NCBI GenBank assembly: GCA_034435215.1
Contig: DAOTXM010000492.1
Location: 12,611-76,610 of the forward strand
DNA: 64,000 bases
DNA from: Anaerolineales bacterium
GTDB lineage: Bacteria > Chloroflexota > Anaerolineae > Anaerolineales > Villigracilaceae
Direction of reading: 5' to 3'
Positions within the stretch are counted from its first letter, which is position 1. Each line of letters begins with the position of its first letter. Of the stretch, positions 53,590-63,319 are shown in pieces. A model generated the notes under the pieces. The model did not search any database. It worked only from the letters and a program-made list of their open reading frames with translations, and was not told the origin of the DNA. The position numbers and the translations under genes were made by a program.

Positions 53590-54354
53590 TCATAGCAAAC
53601 TTCTCAGGGTGGTTGCTGTGACCCATGGGTTTTCCAACATAGGCATGTGACCAACGCCTGATAGCTCCATGAGCGTTGCGTGCGGAATGAATGCTTTGAT
53701 TTCCTGCGCACGTTGGATGGGGATCAACTCGTCCGCTTCGCCATGAATGACAACTACTGGAAAATCGAAGTTGGACAAGGCGGAAGTCGAATCGTCCCGT
53801 TCAGCCATTGCCTTGAGCGCGCCGGCCAGTCCTGCTGGTGATTGCCGCGCGATCAAACTGCGGACGAGGGCCTGCACCCGCTCATCGGGCGTCAACTTGC
53901 CCGGCATCGACTCGGCCACTGCTCCCACGCCGGATTTCATGATCTCGGCAGCTGCTTCGTAGCGCCCCCGTTTGCGTTCGGGGGGATCAGCCAGCGCCTG
54001 GGATGCGACCAGGTCCAAGCCCGACATGCGTTCCGGATAAGCACGTGCAAACGCCAGCGAGATATAGCCCCCCATCGAATGCCCGGCGATGACAGCTTTT
54101 TCGATCCCAAGGTGATCAAGCAACCCGGCGATATCTGCCGCCATATCTGACATCTGGAATTGGCTCTCGACCACCTGGCTTTGACCGAAACCGCGCAGGT
54201 CGGGCAGGACAACGTCGAAGTCGCGCTCCAGCAAAGGAAGGACTTCGTTCCAAATCGTATGATCCAACGGATAGCCGTGTACCAGGACTAACGGTTTCCC
54301 TGCCCCTCGTCGCACAAAGGCAATTCGAACACCGTTAACGTTTGCTTTTTCCAT
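53590..54354 (-). CDS. Alpha/beta hydrolase
   Basis: ATG 54354 follows GGAGG. LVLVHGYPLDH, nucleophile elbow GHSMGG and C-terminal GHMP. Confidence 0.88.
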   Translation of the reverse strand: MEKANVNGVRIAFVRRGAGKPLVLVHGYPLDHTIWNEVLPLLERDFDVVLPDLRGFGQSQVVESQFQMSDMAADIAGLLDHLGIEKAVIAGHSMGGYISLAFARAYPERMSGLDLVASQALADPPERKRGRYEAAAEIMKSGVGAVAESMPGKLTPDERVQALVRSLIARQSPAGLAGALKAMAERDDSTSALSNFDFPVVVIHGEADELIPIQRAQEIKAFIPHATLMELSGVGHMPMLENPWVTATTLRSLL

Positions 54355-54356
54355 TT

Positions 54357-54893
54357 CTACCTCCAATTGACAGCCACTTTCAATTTACTGCCCAACTTCG
54401 ACCGGTAGTGCACGAATCCATTGTCACGCCCGTATTCATAGACCTGGCGGGTGATGTCTGCGTCCACTTTGCAATATTCGGCCACCTTTTCCAGTTCGCC
54501 TGCACGGAACCATTCCACGGCTTTAAGCCCGTCTGCGGATTTCTTTGTGCCCAGTGTAGCTTCGGCAATGGCGTCGAGACTCAACCTGAAACCCAGAACC
54601 CGGTGAATGTCCTGGAGCAGGTCAAGGGTGCGGAGCGAGGCGAAATTGAAGGTCGGGGCGTAGGGACGCAGCACCAGATAGTCGAAGCCTATCAAGTTGA
54701 AACCAACCACGCGGTCCGCAGCTTTGAGTTCATCGATCAAGGCCCAAGCATCCTTCTCCCAGTAGACAGCAAAGTCGTTCCGTACGGTGGAAAAGGTGAC
54801 GCCGCAAGCCAGGCGCAGTTTCTCGATGCCGGTTCGCCCGCCCACATCCTGGAAGAGGTTTTGCGATTCGAGGTCGAAAAAGACGAGGTTCAT
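54357..54893 (-). CDS. DEDDy 3'-5' exonuclease (RNase H-like fold)
   Basis: 178 aa with ExoI FFDLES, ExoII GFNLIGFDYLVL and ExoIII YCKVDADITRQVY. Confidence 0.75.
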   Translation of the reverse strand: MNLVFFDLESQNLFQDVGGRTGIEKLRLACGVTFSTVRNDFAVYWEKDAWALIDELKAADRVVGFNLIGFDYLVLRPYAPTFNFASLRTLDLLQDIHRVLGFRLSLDAIAEATLGTKKSADGLKAVEWFRAGELEKVAEYCKVDADITRQVYEYGRDNGFVHYRSKLGSKLKVAVNWR

Positions 54894-54913
54894 TCGATTT
54901 CCGATTTACGACT

Positions 54914-56605
54914 TTAGATTTTGGATTTGCGATTACCATCGCTGGCCAGCCACGCGCGTGCAAAGGCAAAGGCTTCTTCGCGGGTATGAATTTTGCCAAC
55001 GGCCTGGGCCTCGCGGATGGCTTCCAATACTTCGCCTACGCTTGGGCCGGGCTTAAGATCGAGTTCCTTCATCAGCGCATTGCCATCTAACAGGCGGGGC
55101 GGGGCGACTGTTTCTGTGGGCTTTTCCCAGTAGTTTTCGAGGAAGATGCGGCATACATCCAGCGTAGCCGTCCAGGTCTCCTGGGTGAGCGTGTGGCCGC
55201 GCGTGGCACGCGTATCGGCCAACGCCAGCAGGATCAAATCGACACCCGCTTCTCCGGCCTCGCGGAAGAAACGGTAAATGGCCTTGCGCGAAGGCGTCCT
55301 GTGTTCGCTTTCCATGCGATTGCTGTAAAAATGCACGCGCATATGATACCGAACGATCAATCGCAGGCGCTGGATTTCGTCGTTGCTCAGGTGCAGGGCG
55401 TGTGCACGCGCAACGGCCAACTCCGCGCCTTGCTCGTCGTGGCCCCAAAAGCGAATGCGACCGTCGTCGCCAGTTATTTTGCAAACCGGCTTGGCGACAT
55501 CGTGATACAAGGCTGCGAGGAACAACAGGGCGCGCACCGAGCGGTCGGCGTTGAGGGTGTTGGCAAAATGTGTGGCAAGCTGCTCACGGTAACGTCCCAG
55601 GCGCAGGATCAGCAGGCCGGTGAACAGGTCGCCTGTCGATTCGGGATCGTAGCCGGGAGCCAGGGCAGCCAGGATGTCATCGAGCTGGTTCATCACAGCC
55701 AGTGTGTGCGTCCAAACATCATAGACATGCGGTGCGGGTTGTTCCACACCTTTGAGCGCGGGCAACTCGGGCAGGAGGTGCGGCAGCACGCCCAGCATTT
55801 CCAAGGCGCGGATGGCCGTGCCCGGTTGCGGACCCTCCAGGATGCGAAACAACTCATCCCGCAGGCGTTCAGGAGAGACGCTTTGCAACTGCCCAGTGGC
55901 CTGCTTCATCTTCTGACGGGTTTCCAAGTCGATCTGGAATCCCAACCCGGCTGCCAGACGGATCCCGCGCAACACACGCACCGGATCATTTTCCAGGGAT
56001 TCCGGTGCGCAGGTGCGAATGCGCTTTGCTCGCAAGTCGTTTGCACCATTCAAAGGGTCGAAAAACGATCCGACGCGTAAATCGTAAGCAATGGCGTTGA
56101 TCGTGAAATCGCGGTCGCGCAGGTCGGCTTCGATATCCGCGCCACGATAGGTGGCAAAATCCAAAATGGTACGCACGCCGTTTTCCAGGGTCAGGACAAC
56201 ACGTCCGGTATCGCGCTCGTTGTCCAGTGGGTAGAACGCTCCCCGTAATTTATTGGCAACGCGCCGCGCCAGTTGGATGCCATCGGCAGGCACGGCAAAG
56301 TCCAGGTCGTGTGACATTCGTCCCAACAGGGCGTCACGCACTGCGCCACCAACCAGGTAGATTTCCTGGCCAGCGGGCAGTGCTTCCTGCACGGAAATCA
56401 ATAAAGGGGAAAAGGAAAAAGGCGAAGGCATGAAGATGATTTCGGGAATTTCCTTGTGACGGTGAGTCTGCGCCGCGCGGCGCGCTTCTTCGGGGGTATT
56501 GCCCTGGGCAATGATTTTTCCGTGCAGGCGCGCCACCCAGCGTCCGGCGTAGGGAGAAGCAGAGCGAGAGTCCGGCTGCCCTTTTTTATCTGTCATTTCA
56601 TCCAC
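54914..56605 (-). CDS. CCA-adding enzyme / poly(A) polymerase family nucleotidyltransferase with HD domain
   Basis: 563 aa with LVGGAVRDALLGR..HDLDF, RDFTINA and an HD region (LYHDVAKP). An extra N-terminal segment of about 60 aa. C-terminal GNRKSKI is encoded by a short dispersed repeat. Confidence 0.85.
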   Translation of the reverse strand: MDEMTDKKGQPDSRSASPYAGRWVARLHGKIIAQGNTPEEARRAAQTHRHKEIPEIIFMPSPFSFSPLLISVQEALPAGQEIYLVGGAVRDALLGRMSHDLDFAVPADGIQLARRVANKLRGAFYPLDNERDTGRVVLTLENGVRTILDFATYRGADIEADLRDRDFTINAIAYDLRVGSFFDPLNGANDLRAKRIRTCAPESLENDPVRVLRGIRLAAGLGFQIDLETRQKMKQATGQLQSVSPERLRDELFRILEGPQPGTAIRALEMLGVLPHLLPELPALKGVEQPAPHVYDVWTHTLAVMNQLDDILAALAPGYDPESTGDLFTGLLILRLGRYREQLATHFANTLNADRSVRALLFLAALYHDVAKPVCKITGDDGRIRFWGHDEQGAELAVARAHALHLSNDEIQRLRLIVRYHMRVHFYSNRMESEHRTPSRKAIYRFFREAGEAGVDLILLALADTRATRGHTLTQETWTATLDVCRIFLENYWEKPTETVAPPRLLDGNALMKELDLKPGPSVGEVLEAIREAQAVGKIHTREEAFAFARAWLASDGNRKSKI

Positions 56606-56620
56606 CCTGCATCGTCCGGA

Positions 56621-57178
56621 TCAGTTTGCCTGGAGTTTTTCTAAATCGACAACGCCGATGAAGGGCAGGTTGCGGTAGTATTCGTCCAGGTCGAGTCCAT
56701 AGCCGAAGACGAACTTGTTGGGGATTACGAATCCGCGATAATGAATGGGGACAACCACTTCGCGGCGTTCCGCTTTGTCGAGCAACGAGCAGACCTTCAG
56801 GCTGCGCGGCTGGCGGGTGGAGAGCAATTCCAGCACGTGCGAGATGGTGTGACCACTGTCGATGATATCTTCCACCAAAAGCACATCCTTGTCGCGGATG
56901 TTGGTTTGCAGGTCGAGCGTCACACGGACGTTGCCGTCTGATTCGCGCGCGCCGGCTCCATAGGATGTGATTGCCATGAAATCAACCTGATGCGGGACGG
57001 TAATACGGCGCATCAAATCCACAAGAAAGACGATGCCGCCACGCAAAATGCAGATCAAGAGCAGGTTGTCGGTGTCAGCGTAATCGCGACTGATTTCTTC
57101 CCCGATCTCTACAATGCGGTTTTGCAGGGTATCTTCGTCGATCAGGGTTTCAGCCAGAAACTCATGATAATCTTGCAT
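56621..57178 (-). CDS. hpt: Hypoxanthine phosphoribosyltransferase
   Basis: 185 aa with LLICILRGG and the PRPP motif VLLVEDIIDSGHT. Confidence 0.95.
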   Translation of the reverse strand: MQDYHEFLAETLIDEDTLQNRIVEIGEEISRDYADTDNLLLICILRGGIVFLVDLMRRITVPHQVDFMAITSYGAGARESDGNVRVTLDLQTNIRDKDVLLVEDIIDSGHTISHVLELLSTRQPRSLKVCSLLDKAERREVVVPIHYRGFVIPNKFVFGYGLDLDEYYRNLPFIGVVDLEKLQAN

Positions 57179-57220
57179 AATAACTCCAACATAAACACCT
57201 CTTTGCAGGACATCGTACCC

Positions 57221-57790
57221 TTAGCGGGGTACCTCATGGTGTTCACGGCAGCGAGCTTCATATAACTCAGAAGCGCCAACGATCACGACCGGGTCATCGT
57301 AGCGCGCCGGTTTGCCGTTGACCAGGCGCTGGGTGCGCGAGGCCTCGTCGCCACAGGTCATGCAAATGGCGTGCAGCTTGTCCACTTTCTCGGCTTTTGC
57401 CATTAATATCGGCATGGGGCCAAACGGTTCGCCGCGGAAGTCCATGTCCAGGCCGGCCACGATGACACGCACGCCATGTTCCGCCAGTTCCTGGGCCACA
57501 TCCACGACTTCGGGATCGAAAAACTGGGCTTCATCGATGGCCACGACCGTTGTATCCTGGTCGATGCGTTCACGGATGGTTGCCGCCTTTTCCACCGGGA
57601 TGGCATCGAAGTTTGCGCCAGCATGCGACGTGACTTTTTCCACTGCATACCGGACGTCGATGGCGGGTTTGAACACCTGCACCTTTTGTCTGGCAATGGT
57701 AGCACGCACCAGGCGGCGGATGAGTTCATCCGTCTTGCCGCTGAACATGGAACCGCAGATTACTTCGATGGAACCGGTGTGATGTTTCAT
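57221..57790 (-). CDS. tdk: Thymidine kinase
   Basis: 189 aa with [23 protein letters not shown] and the zinc motif C..C(GDEA). Confidence 0.95.
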   Translation of the reverse strand: MKHHTGSIEVICGSMFSGKTDELIRRLVRATIARQKVQVFKPAIDVRYAVEKVTSHAGANFDAIPVEKAATIRERIDQDTTVVAIDEAQFFDPEVVDVAQELAEHGVRVIVAGLDMDFRGEPFGPMPILMAKAEKVDKLHAICMTCGDEASRTQRLVNGKPARYDDPVVIVGASELYEARCREHHEVPR

Positions 57791-57901
57791 AGCTTCCTTT
57801 CCAATTCTAGCATTCGTAATGGTTCTTCAGGCTTCGCCGTGAAAGGAGGCCGAAGAAATGGCGGGGCTTAGTTTTTTTTCAGGGAGTTCTTCATGCAGCA
57901 A

Positions 57902-57930
57902 AACAGGCAGATGCGTTGCACCTGCCTGTT
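57902..57930 (-). terminator. Possible terminator downstream of rpmE
   Basis: AACAGGCAG-11 nt-CTGCCTGTT hairpin 33 nt after the stop. The U-tract on the minus strand is weak. Confidence 0.4.
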
Positions 57931-57962
57931 AAGTTTACCTGAGTTTGCGAAAGACGCAATCC

Positions 57963-58433
57963 TTAGGCGACTGTTTCCGCTTCCGGGAATTCGTATCCCA
58001 GGGCGCGTAATTTCTTCTTGGCGTCGATCAGGGACTTTTGACCAAAACCTGTAATTGCCAGCACAGCCTCTTCGCCCTCGGCGAGTTTATTCATGAACTG
58101 GCCTACTTTTTTGATGCCTGCCTTGGCCAGCGCCTCGGTTGGGCGTTTGCCCAATTCGAGATCGGCCACCGGGCGCTCGGGGGAAACTTTCTCGGTCTCC
58201 CGCGCTTTCTTTTCCGCTACATAATCCTGGCGAGCTTGAAGTTTTTTGTAGAAGCGATCGACCTGGCCTTCGATGTCTACGATACGGGCCTGTTCCCCAG
58301 AAAAGAACGGGTGACAATTGGAACAGATTTCGACTCGGATTTCTTTCCTGGTCGAACCGGTTTTCCAGGTATTCCCACAGGCGCAGGTCACGGTGGCATC
58401 CACATAGAATGTGGGATGGATATCTTTCTTCAT
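57963..58433 (-). CDS. rpmE: Ribosomal protein L31 fused to an RNA polymerase alpha-CTD-like helix-hairpin-helix domain
   Basis: Residues 1-66, [32 protein letters not shown], make a complete zinc-type L31. Residues about 85-150, [45 protein letters not shown], follow the alpha-CTD pattern (DLEL.VR....L...I..VGDL....L....N.G.KSL.EI...L...G). Confidence 0.85.
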   Translation of the reverse strand: MKKDIHPTFYVDATVTCACGNTWKTGSTRKEIRVEICSNCHPFFSGEQARIVDIEGQVDRFYKKLQARQDYVAEKKARETEKVSPERPVADLELGKRPTEALAKAGIKKVGQFMNKLAEGEEAVLAITGFGQKSLIDAKKKLRALGYEFPEAETVA

Positions 58434-58445
58434 ACCAGTATCCTT

Positions 58446-58703
58446 TTATTCCTCGGCAGGAACAACGTTGACCCGTTTGCGACCATGGATCAGATCGAAT
58501 GTTACGATCCCGTTCGTTGTAGCGAACAGGGTGTCATCGCTGCCTTTGCCAACGTTAAGACCAGGTTTGATGCTTGTACCTCGCTGGCGAACCAGGATGT
58601 TGCCTGAAAGCACAAACTGACCTGCGTAGCGTTTCACGCCCAGGCGCTGGGAATTGCTATCTCGTCCGTTGCGGCTCGAACCGCCGCCTTTTTTATGTGC
58701 CAT
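58446..58703 (-). CDS. rpmA: Ribosomal protein L27
   Basis: [24 protein letters not shown], canonical L27 N-terminus. 85 aa. Confidence 0.98.
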   Translation of the reverse strand: MAHKKGGGSSRNGRDSNSQRLGVKRYAGQFVLSGNILVRQRGTSIKPGLNVGKGSDDTLFATTNGIVTFDLIHGRKRVNVVPAEE

Positions 58704-58715
58704 TTCTACCTCGCA

Positions 58716-59261
58716 CTATTTCTTTTTTGTCTTGGTCGAAGAAGATTTGTCAGTGGTCTTCTTCGCTGTAGTCTTCTTAACCGGAGCCTTTTTAGCCTGT
58801 TCCTCTTTCGCAGCCGGTTTCTTCCCCTTTGGGGACGATGTGGCTGTTCCTTTTTTCTTTTCGAGCTTCTTTTCAACCTTGGCTTCGGCTTGCTCTTCAG
58901 CAGGGGCTTCCGCTTTCTCGACCCTGGCAGCCTTGCGCACCTCGCCGGGTTTTCCAATCCCATCCACCATCAAACGTGTGTATTGCTGGCGATGGCCGAC
59001 TTTGACGCGGATGCGTTTCTTCGGGCTGTATTTGAAGACGGTAAGTTTGGGGCCCTTGAAATGGTTCAACACCGTGGTATTGATCTGTACACCGTCAATA
59101 GTGGGCATTCCAACGGTAACTTCTTCACCGTTTACCAACATCAACACGCGTTCCAGACCAACTTTTTCGCCAGCGTCGACCGGCAGACGATCGACCTCGA
59201 TGGTCTCGCCTTCGACGGCCTTGTATTGCTTGCCGCCGCTTTCCACAATTGCATATTTCAT
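58716..59261 (-). CDS. rplU: Ribosomal protein L21 with Lys/Ala-rich C-terminal tail
   Basis: ATG 59261: MKYAIVESGGKQYKAVEG...HRQQYTRL (L21 core of about 103 aa), then about 78 aa of AEAPAEEQAEAKVEKKLEKKKG..KKPAAKEEQAKKAPVKKTTAKKTT..TKTKKK. Confidence 0.9.
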   Translation of the reverse strand: MKYAIVESGGKQYKAVEGETIEVDRLPVDAGEKVGLERVLMLVNGEEVTVGMPTIDGVQINTTVLNHFKGPKLTVFKYSPKKRIRVKVGHRQQYTRLMVDGIGKPGEVRKAARVEKAEAPAEEQAEAKVEKKLEKKKGTATSSPKGKKPAAKEEQAKKAPVKKTTAKKTTDKSSSTKTKKK

Positions 59262-59387
59262 TTTTTCTCCTGGCATTTCACTTCGCCGCACGAACCGCGG
59301 GAGGTTTCTCCTTCGCCGATGTGCGGGGAAGCCGGGTTACAAACGACCGCCCCGGCTGGTCTCGCTGCCAGGGCAGAAGCGGACGGT

Positions 59388-59416
59388 ATTATACCTGTTG
59401 CGGGGTTCTGTGTCAA
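59388..59416 (-). promoter_or_regulatory. Consensus sigma-70 promoter of the rplU-rpmA-rpmE operon
   Basis: The minus strand reads TTGACA - 17 nt - TATAAT (perfect hexamers), about 125 nt upstream of the rplU ATG. Confidence 0.75.
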
Positions 59417-59534
59417 CGCTTAGACAGACTGAATCCATTAATCCAACTGTAAATATCCAATTGACAAACAGCTTAGGCTCATATATGCTGTTATTATCAC
59501 ACTAACAGTGTTTTTCAAGATAACGGGAGTATGG

Positions 59535-60386
59535 ATGAAATCAGAAAATTCCAAAACCTTATGGGAAGTAATCCGCAGCTGGCTGCCCTGGACTTTGATC
59601 CCGTTGATTCTAGGCGTTCTAGCTGCTATTGCAATCCCCATCCCAAAGATCGGCGTTATATCATTCAATGATGCCATCTACGATTACAGCGGCCAGTACT
59701 TGATAGCTCAGATCCGCTATGCGCGTGAACACCCCGAAATCCGTGCCGTGGTGCTGAAAATCAACAGCCCGGGCGGGACGGTGGTGGACACCGAAGCTGC
59801 CTACCTGGAACTCGTCCGTTTGCGCCAAGAAAAACCGGTGGTCGCCTCGGTTGGCGGGATGGCTGCCAGCGGTGGATATTACCTGATCTCCGGCGCGGAC
59901 TATGTTTACGCCAAGCCAACTTCTATGATCGGCAATGTCGGTGTAATTGGATATTTGCCTCCCGAGCCTTTCTTATTCGAAGAAATCATCTCCACTGGCC
60001 CCTACAAATTATGGGGCTCTCCCCGCGACACATACCAGCGGGAAATCGAAGCAGTCAAACAGGGTTTTTATCAAGCTGTCATCGCAGGCCGCGGCGAGCG
60101 CTTGAAGATTGGCCCGGAGACCTTGCTGCGAGGGCAGATCTGGCTCGGGACTGAAGCGCTGGAATTGGGTCTGATCGATGCGCTTGGCTCTGACTCAGAC
60201 GCTATCGAGGAAGCTGCTGAAATGGCAAAGGTCTGGCACTACGATGTAATCGATGTTATCGGTTTGATCATCGAAACCTTCGAGCCCACCAAATTCTACG
60301 CATCGGCAGATGGCGTGAATTTGTCATACCCCGAAAAACCGGGGCTGTACATGCTTTATATCCCGCCGCTCCCGACAAGTAAATAG
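59535..60386 (+). CDS. sppA: Signal peptide peptidase SppA (S49, 36K type)
   Basis: ATG 59535 follows GGGAG. One N-terminal TM helix, NSPGG and MAASGGYY motifs. Confidence 0.88.
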   Translation: MKSENSKTLWEVIRSWLPWTLIPLILGVLAAIAIPIPKIGVISFNDAIYDYSGQYLIAQIRYAREHPEIRAVVLKINSPGGTVVDTEAAYLELVRLRQEKPVVASVGGMAASGGYYLISGADYVYAKPTSMIGNVGVIGYLPPEPFLFEEIISTGPYKLWGSPRDTYQREIEAVKQGFYQAVIAGRGERLKIGPETLLRGQIWLGTEALELGLIDALGSDSDAIEEAAEMAKVWHYDVIDVIGLIIETFEPTKFYASADGVNLSYPEKPGLYMLYIPPLPTSK

Positions 60387-60395
60387 GAGGCTGAC

Positions 60396-61841
60396 ATGAA
60401 CCGCAACAAATTTTGGTTTGGCCTGTTGGCCTTCGTTCTCCCTATCCTGTTGAGGGTTGTATGGTACTACAATGGAATAACTACCCGCCCGGAAATCGTT
60501 ACGCCCAATTATGGCAAGATCACATTACCTCAACCCGCCTTTTCTACGCCAGAAACACGAGAGGCGGCTGTCTCAACGAGTAAGGTCATTCTGTTCGACG
60601 CCGCACACACCAACCTGTACGATGCCGGGGAGATCCAGCCACTGGTAGAGGCGCTCACCCGCGCGGGTGGGCGCGTCGAAATGTACGACAGTTCGTCTGA
60701 CTTGAAAACCAGCTTAAAATATGCCAGTGCATATGTAGTCATCTCACCTACCCTTGCCTACAGTGCGGAAGAGATCCTGACGGTGCAGAAATTTGTCCAT
60801 AGCGGCGGCAGGCTGCTCGTCCTGAGTGACGCGACGCGCGGCACAAGCATAGATTACGATACCGGCATCACTGAATTCATCCCGGATGTAAACACCCTCA
60901 ATCCCGTGTTGGCTCCATATGACCTTCGTTTCAATTTCGATTACATATACAATATTCAGGAGAATGAGGGTAATTTTCGAAACGTCTATTTCAGCGATTT
61001 CGGCGAGGCTGATTTCACGGCGAACCTGGGGAGGGTGGTGCTATATGGCGCTCATTCCGTCGAATCAGACTCGGGGACCTTACTCCTGCTCGGCGATCAA
61101 ACTACGCTTTCTTCGCTGACAGATTCCAACGAGGGCGGGCTGGCAGCTGCGGCCCTGAGCGCAGAAGGCAATGTACTGGCAATTGGCGATTTCACTTTCC
61201 TGAGCGCTCCATATAACCAGGTGGAAGATAACGGCTTGCTAGTACAGCATGTGGTCGAGTTCCTGCTGGCCGGTGAGCGCATACCTGGGTTGGATGACTT
61301 GCCGTATCTATTTTCCCAACCAGTTGTGAGCGTGCTGCCGGTGGGTGATGCGCAGTTGAATGCTGGAACAATCCCCATCCTTGTGGGCCTGCAGTCCATG
61401 CTCGATAAAATGGGAAAGAAGATGGAGATCGTGGACGAAACGCCAGCCTCGGGTGATGTGCTTGTCTTCGGTACAATCCCCCCCGATGAAATCTTGAAGC
61501 CTTACCTGGGTGAATTCGATATCACGCTGGATGAGTCCGCGGAGTATATCGAAATCCCCGGCTTCGGCGAAGTTGATCCTTCCGGTATTGGCCTGGTATT
61601 GTTCAAGCCAGATCGATCTGGCAATACCCTGGTCCTGTTGACCGATTCTGCCGACAACCTGCCATTGCTGTTCAACGCCCTGGTCAATGAATTTTCGACC
61701 AGTTGCGTCACGAGCGGCAATATAGCCATTTGCAATACCAGTTCCGGCAAAAGTTCGTCGGAAGAGGTAGTAGAAGAAACACCGGGTGAAGAAGATGCGG
61801 GCGGCGAGAACATGACGCCCACCACGACCCCGGCTGGATAA
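60396..61841 (+). CDS. Membrane-anchored hypothetical protein (possibly DUF4350/GldG-like)
   Basis: 481 aa with an N-terminal TM helix (FWFGLLAFVLPILL). VILFDAAHTN...YVVISP...GGRLLVLSD resembles the class-I amidotransferase-like fold of DUF4350 proteins. Acidic Ser/Glu-rich C-terminus. Confidence 0.5.
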   Translation: MNRNKFWFGLLAFVLPILLRVVWYYNGITTRPEIVTPNYGKITLPQPAFSTPETREAAVSTSKVILFDAAHTNLYDAGEIQPLVEALTRAGGRVEMYDSSSDLKTSLKYASAYVVISPTLAYSAEEILTVQKFVHSGGRLLVLSDATRGTSIDYDTGITEFIPDVNTLNPVLAPYDLRFNFDYIYNIQENEGNFRNVYFSDFGEADFTANLGRVVLYGAHSVESDSGTLLLLGDQTTLSSLTDSNEGGLAAAALSAEGNVLAIGDFTFLSAPYNQVEDNGLLVQHVVEFLLAGERIPGLDDLPYLFSQPVVSVLPVGDAQLNAGTIPILVGLQSMLDKMGKKMEIVDETPASGDVLVFGTIPPDEILKPYLGEFDITLDESAEYIEIPGFGEVDPSGIGLVLFKPDRSGNTLVLLTDSADNLPLLFNALVNEFSTSCVTSGNIAICNTSSGKSSSEEVVEETPGEEDAGGENMTPTTTPAG

Positions 61842-61960
61842 AATCTTGTGGTGGAATATTCCGCGGCTGGCTGTTACAGCAATTGAATGAAAAGTACATG
61901 GTACACCAAATGGCGCGCCACGCACTTTGGTACAGAGATCGACCGGTTACAACCAAGTGA

Positions 61961-63001
61961 TTAGAAGCCAATTGTCCGATAATGTAGAAGGATCATACTA
62001 AGTATCCAGAAGAATGGGACGATCCAACGCGTCATGAGATGGAGTTTTTTAGCCTGTTCAGTTTTTTCTTTGCCCAGTAATAGGAATAAAGCAACCGCAA
62101 TGCCGAGCGCAATCGTGATAAAGATATATTGAAGGATCATGAATTGGTCGGCATACGTCAGGTACCCAACAGGCGGGACGGAGGCCGTAAGGGTCATGTG
62201 ATAGAAAATTGCGCTGGCCAGCGTTGCGGCGGTCAAATTCAGGCGATCCTCGGCATCCTCGTGCGGCATAAGGAACGACAACATCCCCACCCCGATAATC
62301 ACGATGGCTGCGAACAATCCTTTCAGGAATGAGGATTGCCAGGGGTGGGAAATATTCACGCTGAAAATATAGCGCGAGTAGCCCTCGTTATTGAAAACTG
62401 GATAGGGATGATTCTCGACCCTTGCCTGCCAGTCATCTTCCGTGTTGGGGGTGTCCAGCCCGTTTAAATCCCATCCCGAGACGATTACATATTCATCCAC
62501 CCCACTGCCTGCTTTGTCGACGACGTAAACAAGCTCATTGGTCGTCAGGCTCTTATCTTCGATTTCAATTGTAAGCGCATGAGCGTCGAAGGGATAGTCT
62601 TCCAGGTCGAGTCTGGTTGCCAGGTTGGCACGCACGCGATAACTGTAGCGCCTGTCCGTGGCGGATTGCAGATCTTTGTAGATCTCATCGGTTGCGTTCA
62701 TGATATCGAATTGCGGTTCCGGACAGGGCCGATTACATGTAAGGGTCAGGTAAAAATCGATCGTGTACCCGCCAGTGGTCATGTCCAGGTTCCCGACGCT
62801 CAGAATATAGATGCCCACCTGGACCTCCACAGGCCCGTCCCCGGATTGTAAGCTCGGGAGTGGGGAGCTTGCCTGCTCAGAAGCAATGGAAGCTTGCGCG
62901 GCAACAGGCTGGCTGCCCTTTGTCCCAAACGTAATAACCGTCATCAGAGCCAGGGCCAACAAGAACAACCCACTCCATCGAAAAATGTTTTTCTGTTCCA
63001 T
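61961..63001 (-). CDS. Prokaryotic pentameric ligand-gated ion channel (GLIC/ELIC family)
   Basis: 346 aa with a signal peptide and a beta-rich extracellular domain (VQVGIYILSVGNLDMTTGGYTIDFYLTLT). The Cys-loop equivalent is DYPFDAHALTIEIE. Four TM helices follow, with the M2-like segment DRLNLTAATLASAIFYHMTLTASVP. Confidence 0.8.
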   Translation of the reverse strand: MEQKNIFRWSGLFLLALALMTVITFGTKGSQPVAAQASIASEQASSPLPSLQSGDGPVEVQVGIYILSVGNLDMTTGGYTIDFYLTLTCNRPCPEPQFDIMNATDEIYKDLQSATDRRYSYRVRANLATRLDLEDYPFDAHALTIEIEDKSLTTNELVYVVDKAGSGVDEYVIVSGWDLNGLDTPNTEDDWQARVENHPYPVFNNEGYSRYIFSVNISHPWQSSFLKGLFAAIVIIGVGMLSFLMPHEDAEDRLNLTAATLASAIFYHMTLTASVPPVGYLTYADQFMILQYIFITIALGIAVALFLLLGKEKTEQAKKLHLMTRWIVPFFWILSMILLHYRTIGF

Positions 63002-63319
63002 GGTATCTCCAATTATATAAATTCAAAATAGAGCTGAAATTTCATTAATTTTACATTTGAATTGTCATGAAACAATTTACAAAACGGAAATGTCCCCGCC
63101 AAACTAAAGCAGGCCTGATCAACCCTGAATTTGATTTTGGACGCAGATAACACTGATTCACACTCATAAAAAGAAAAACCGGTATTTCACCTGCCCTTCC
63201 TGCGCATGCGTTCGGGGCAAGTGTGGGGGCGGTGCAAGGGTCCGTGTGAGTCAACGTGCTTATTTGACTGGAAGATATGACTCACCCCGAAAGATCGATT
63301 TCAGGGCAAATCATGTTCA

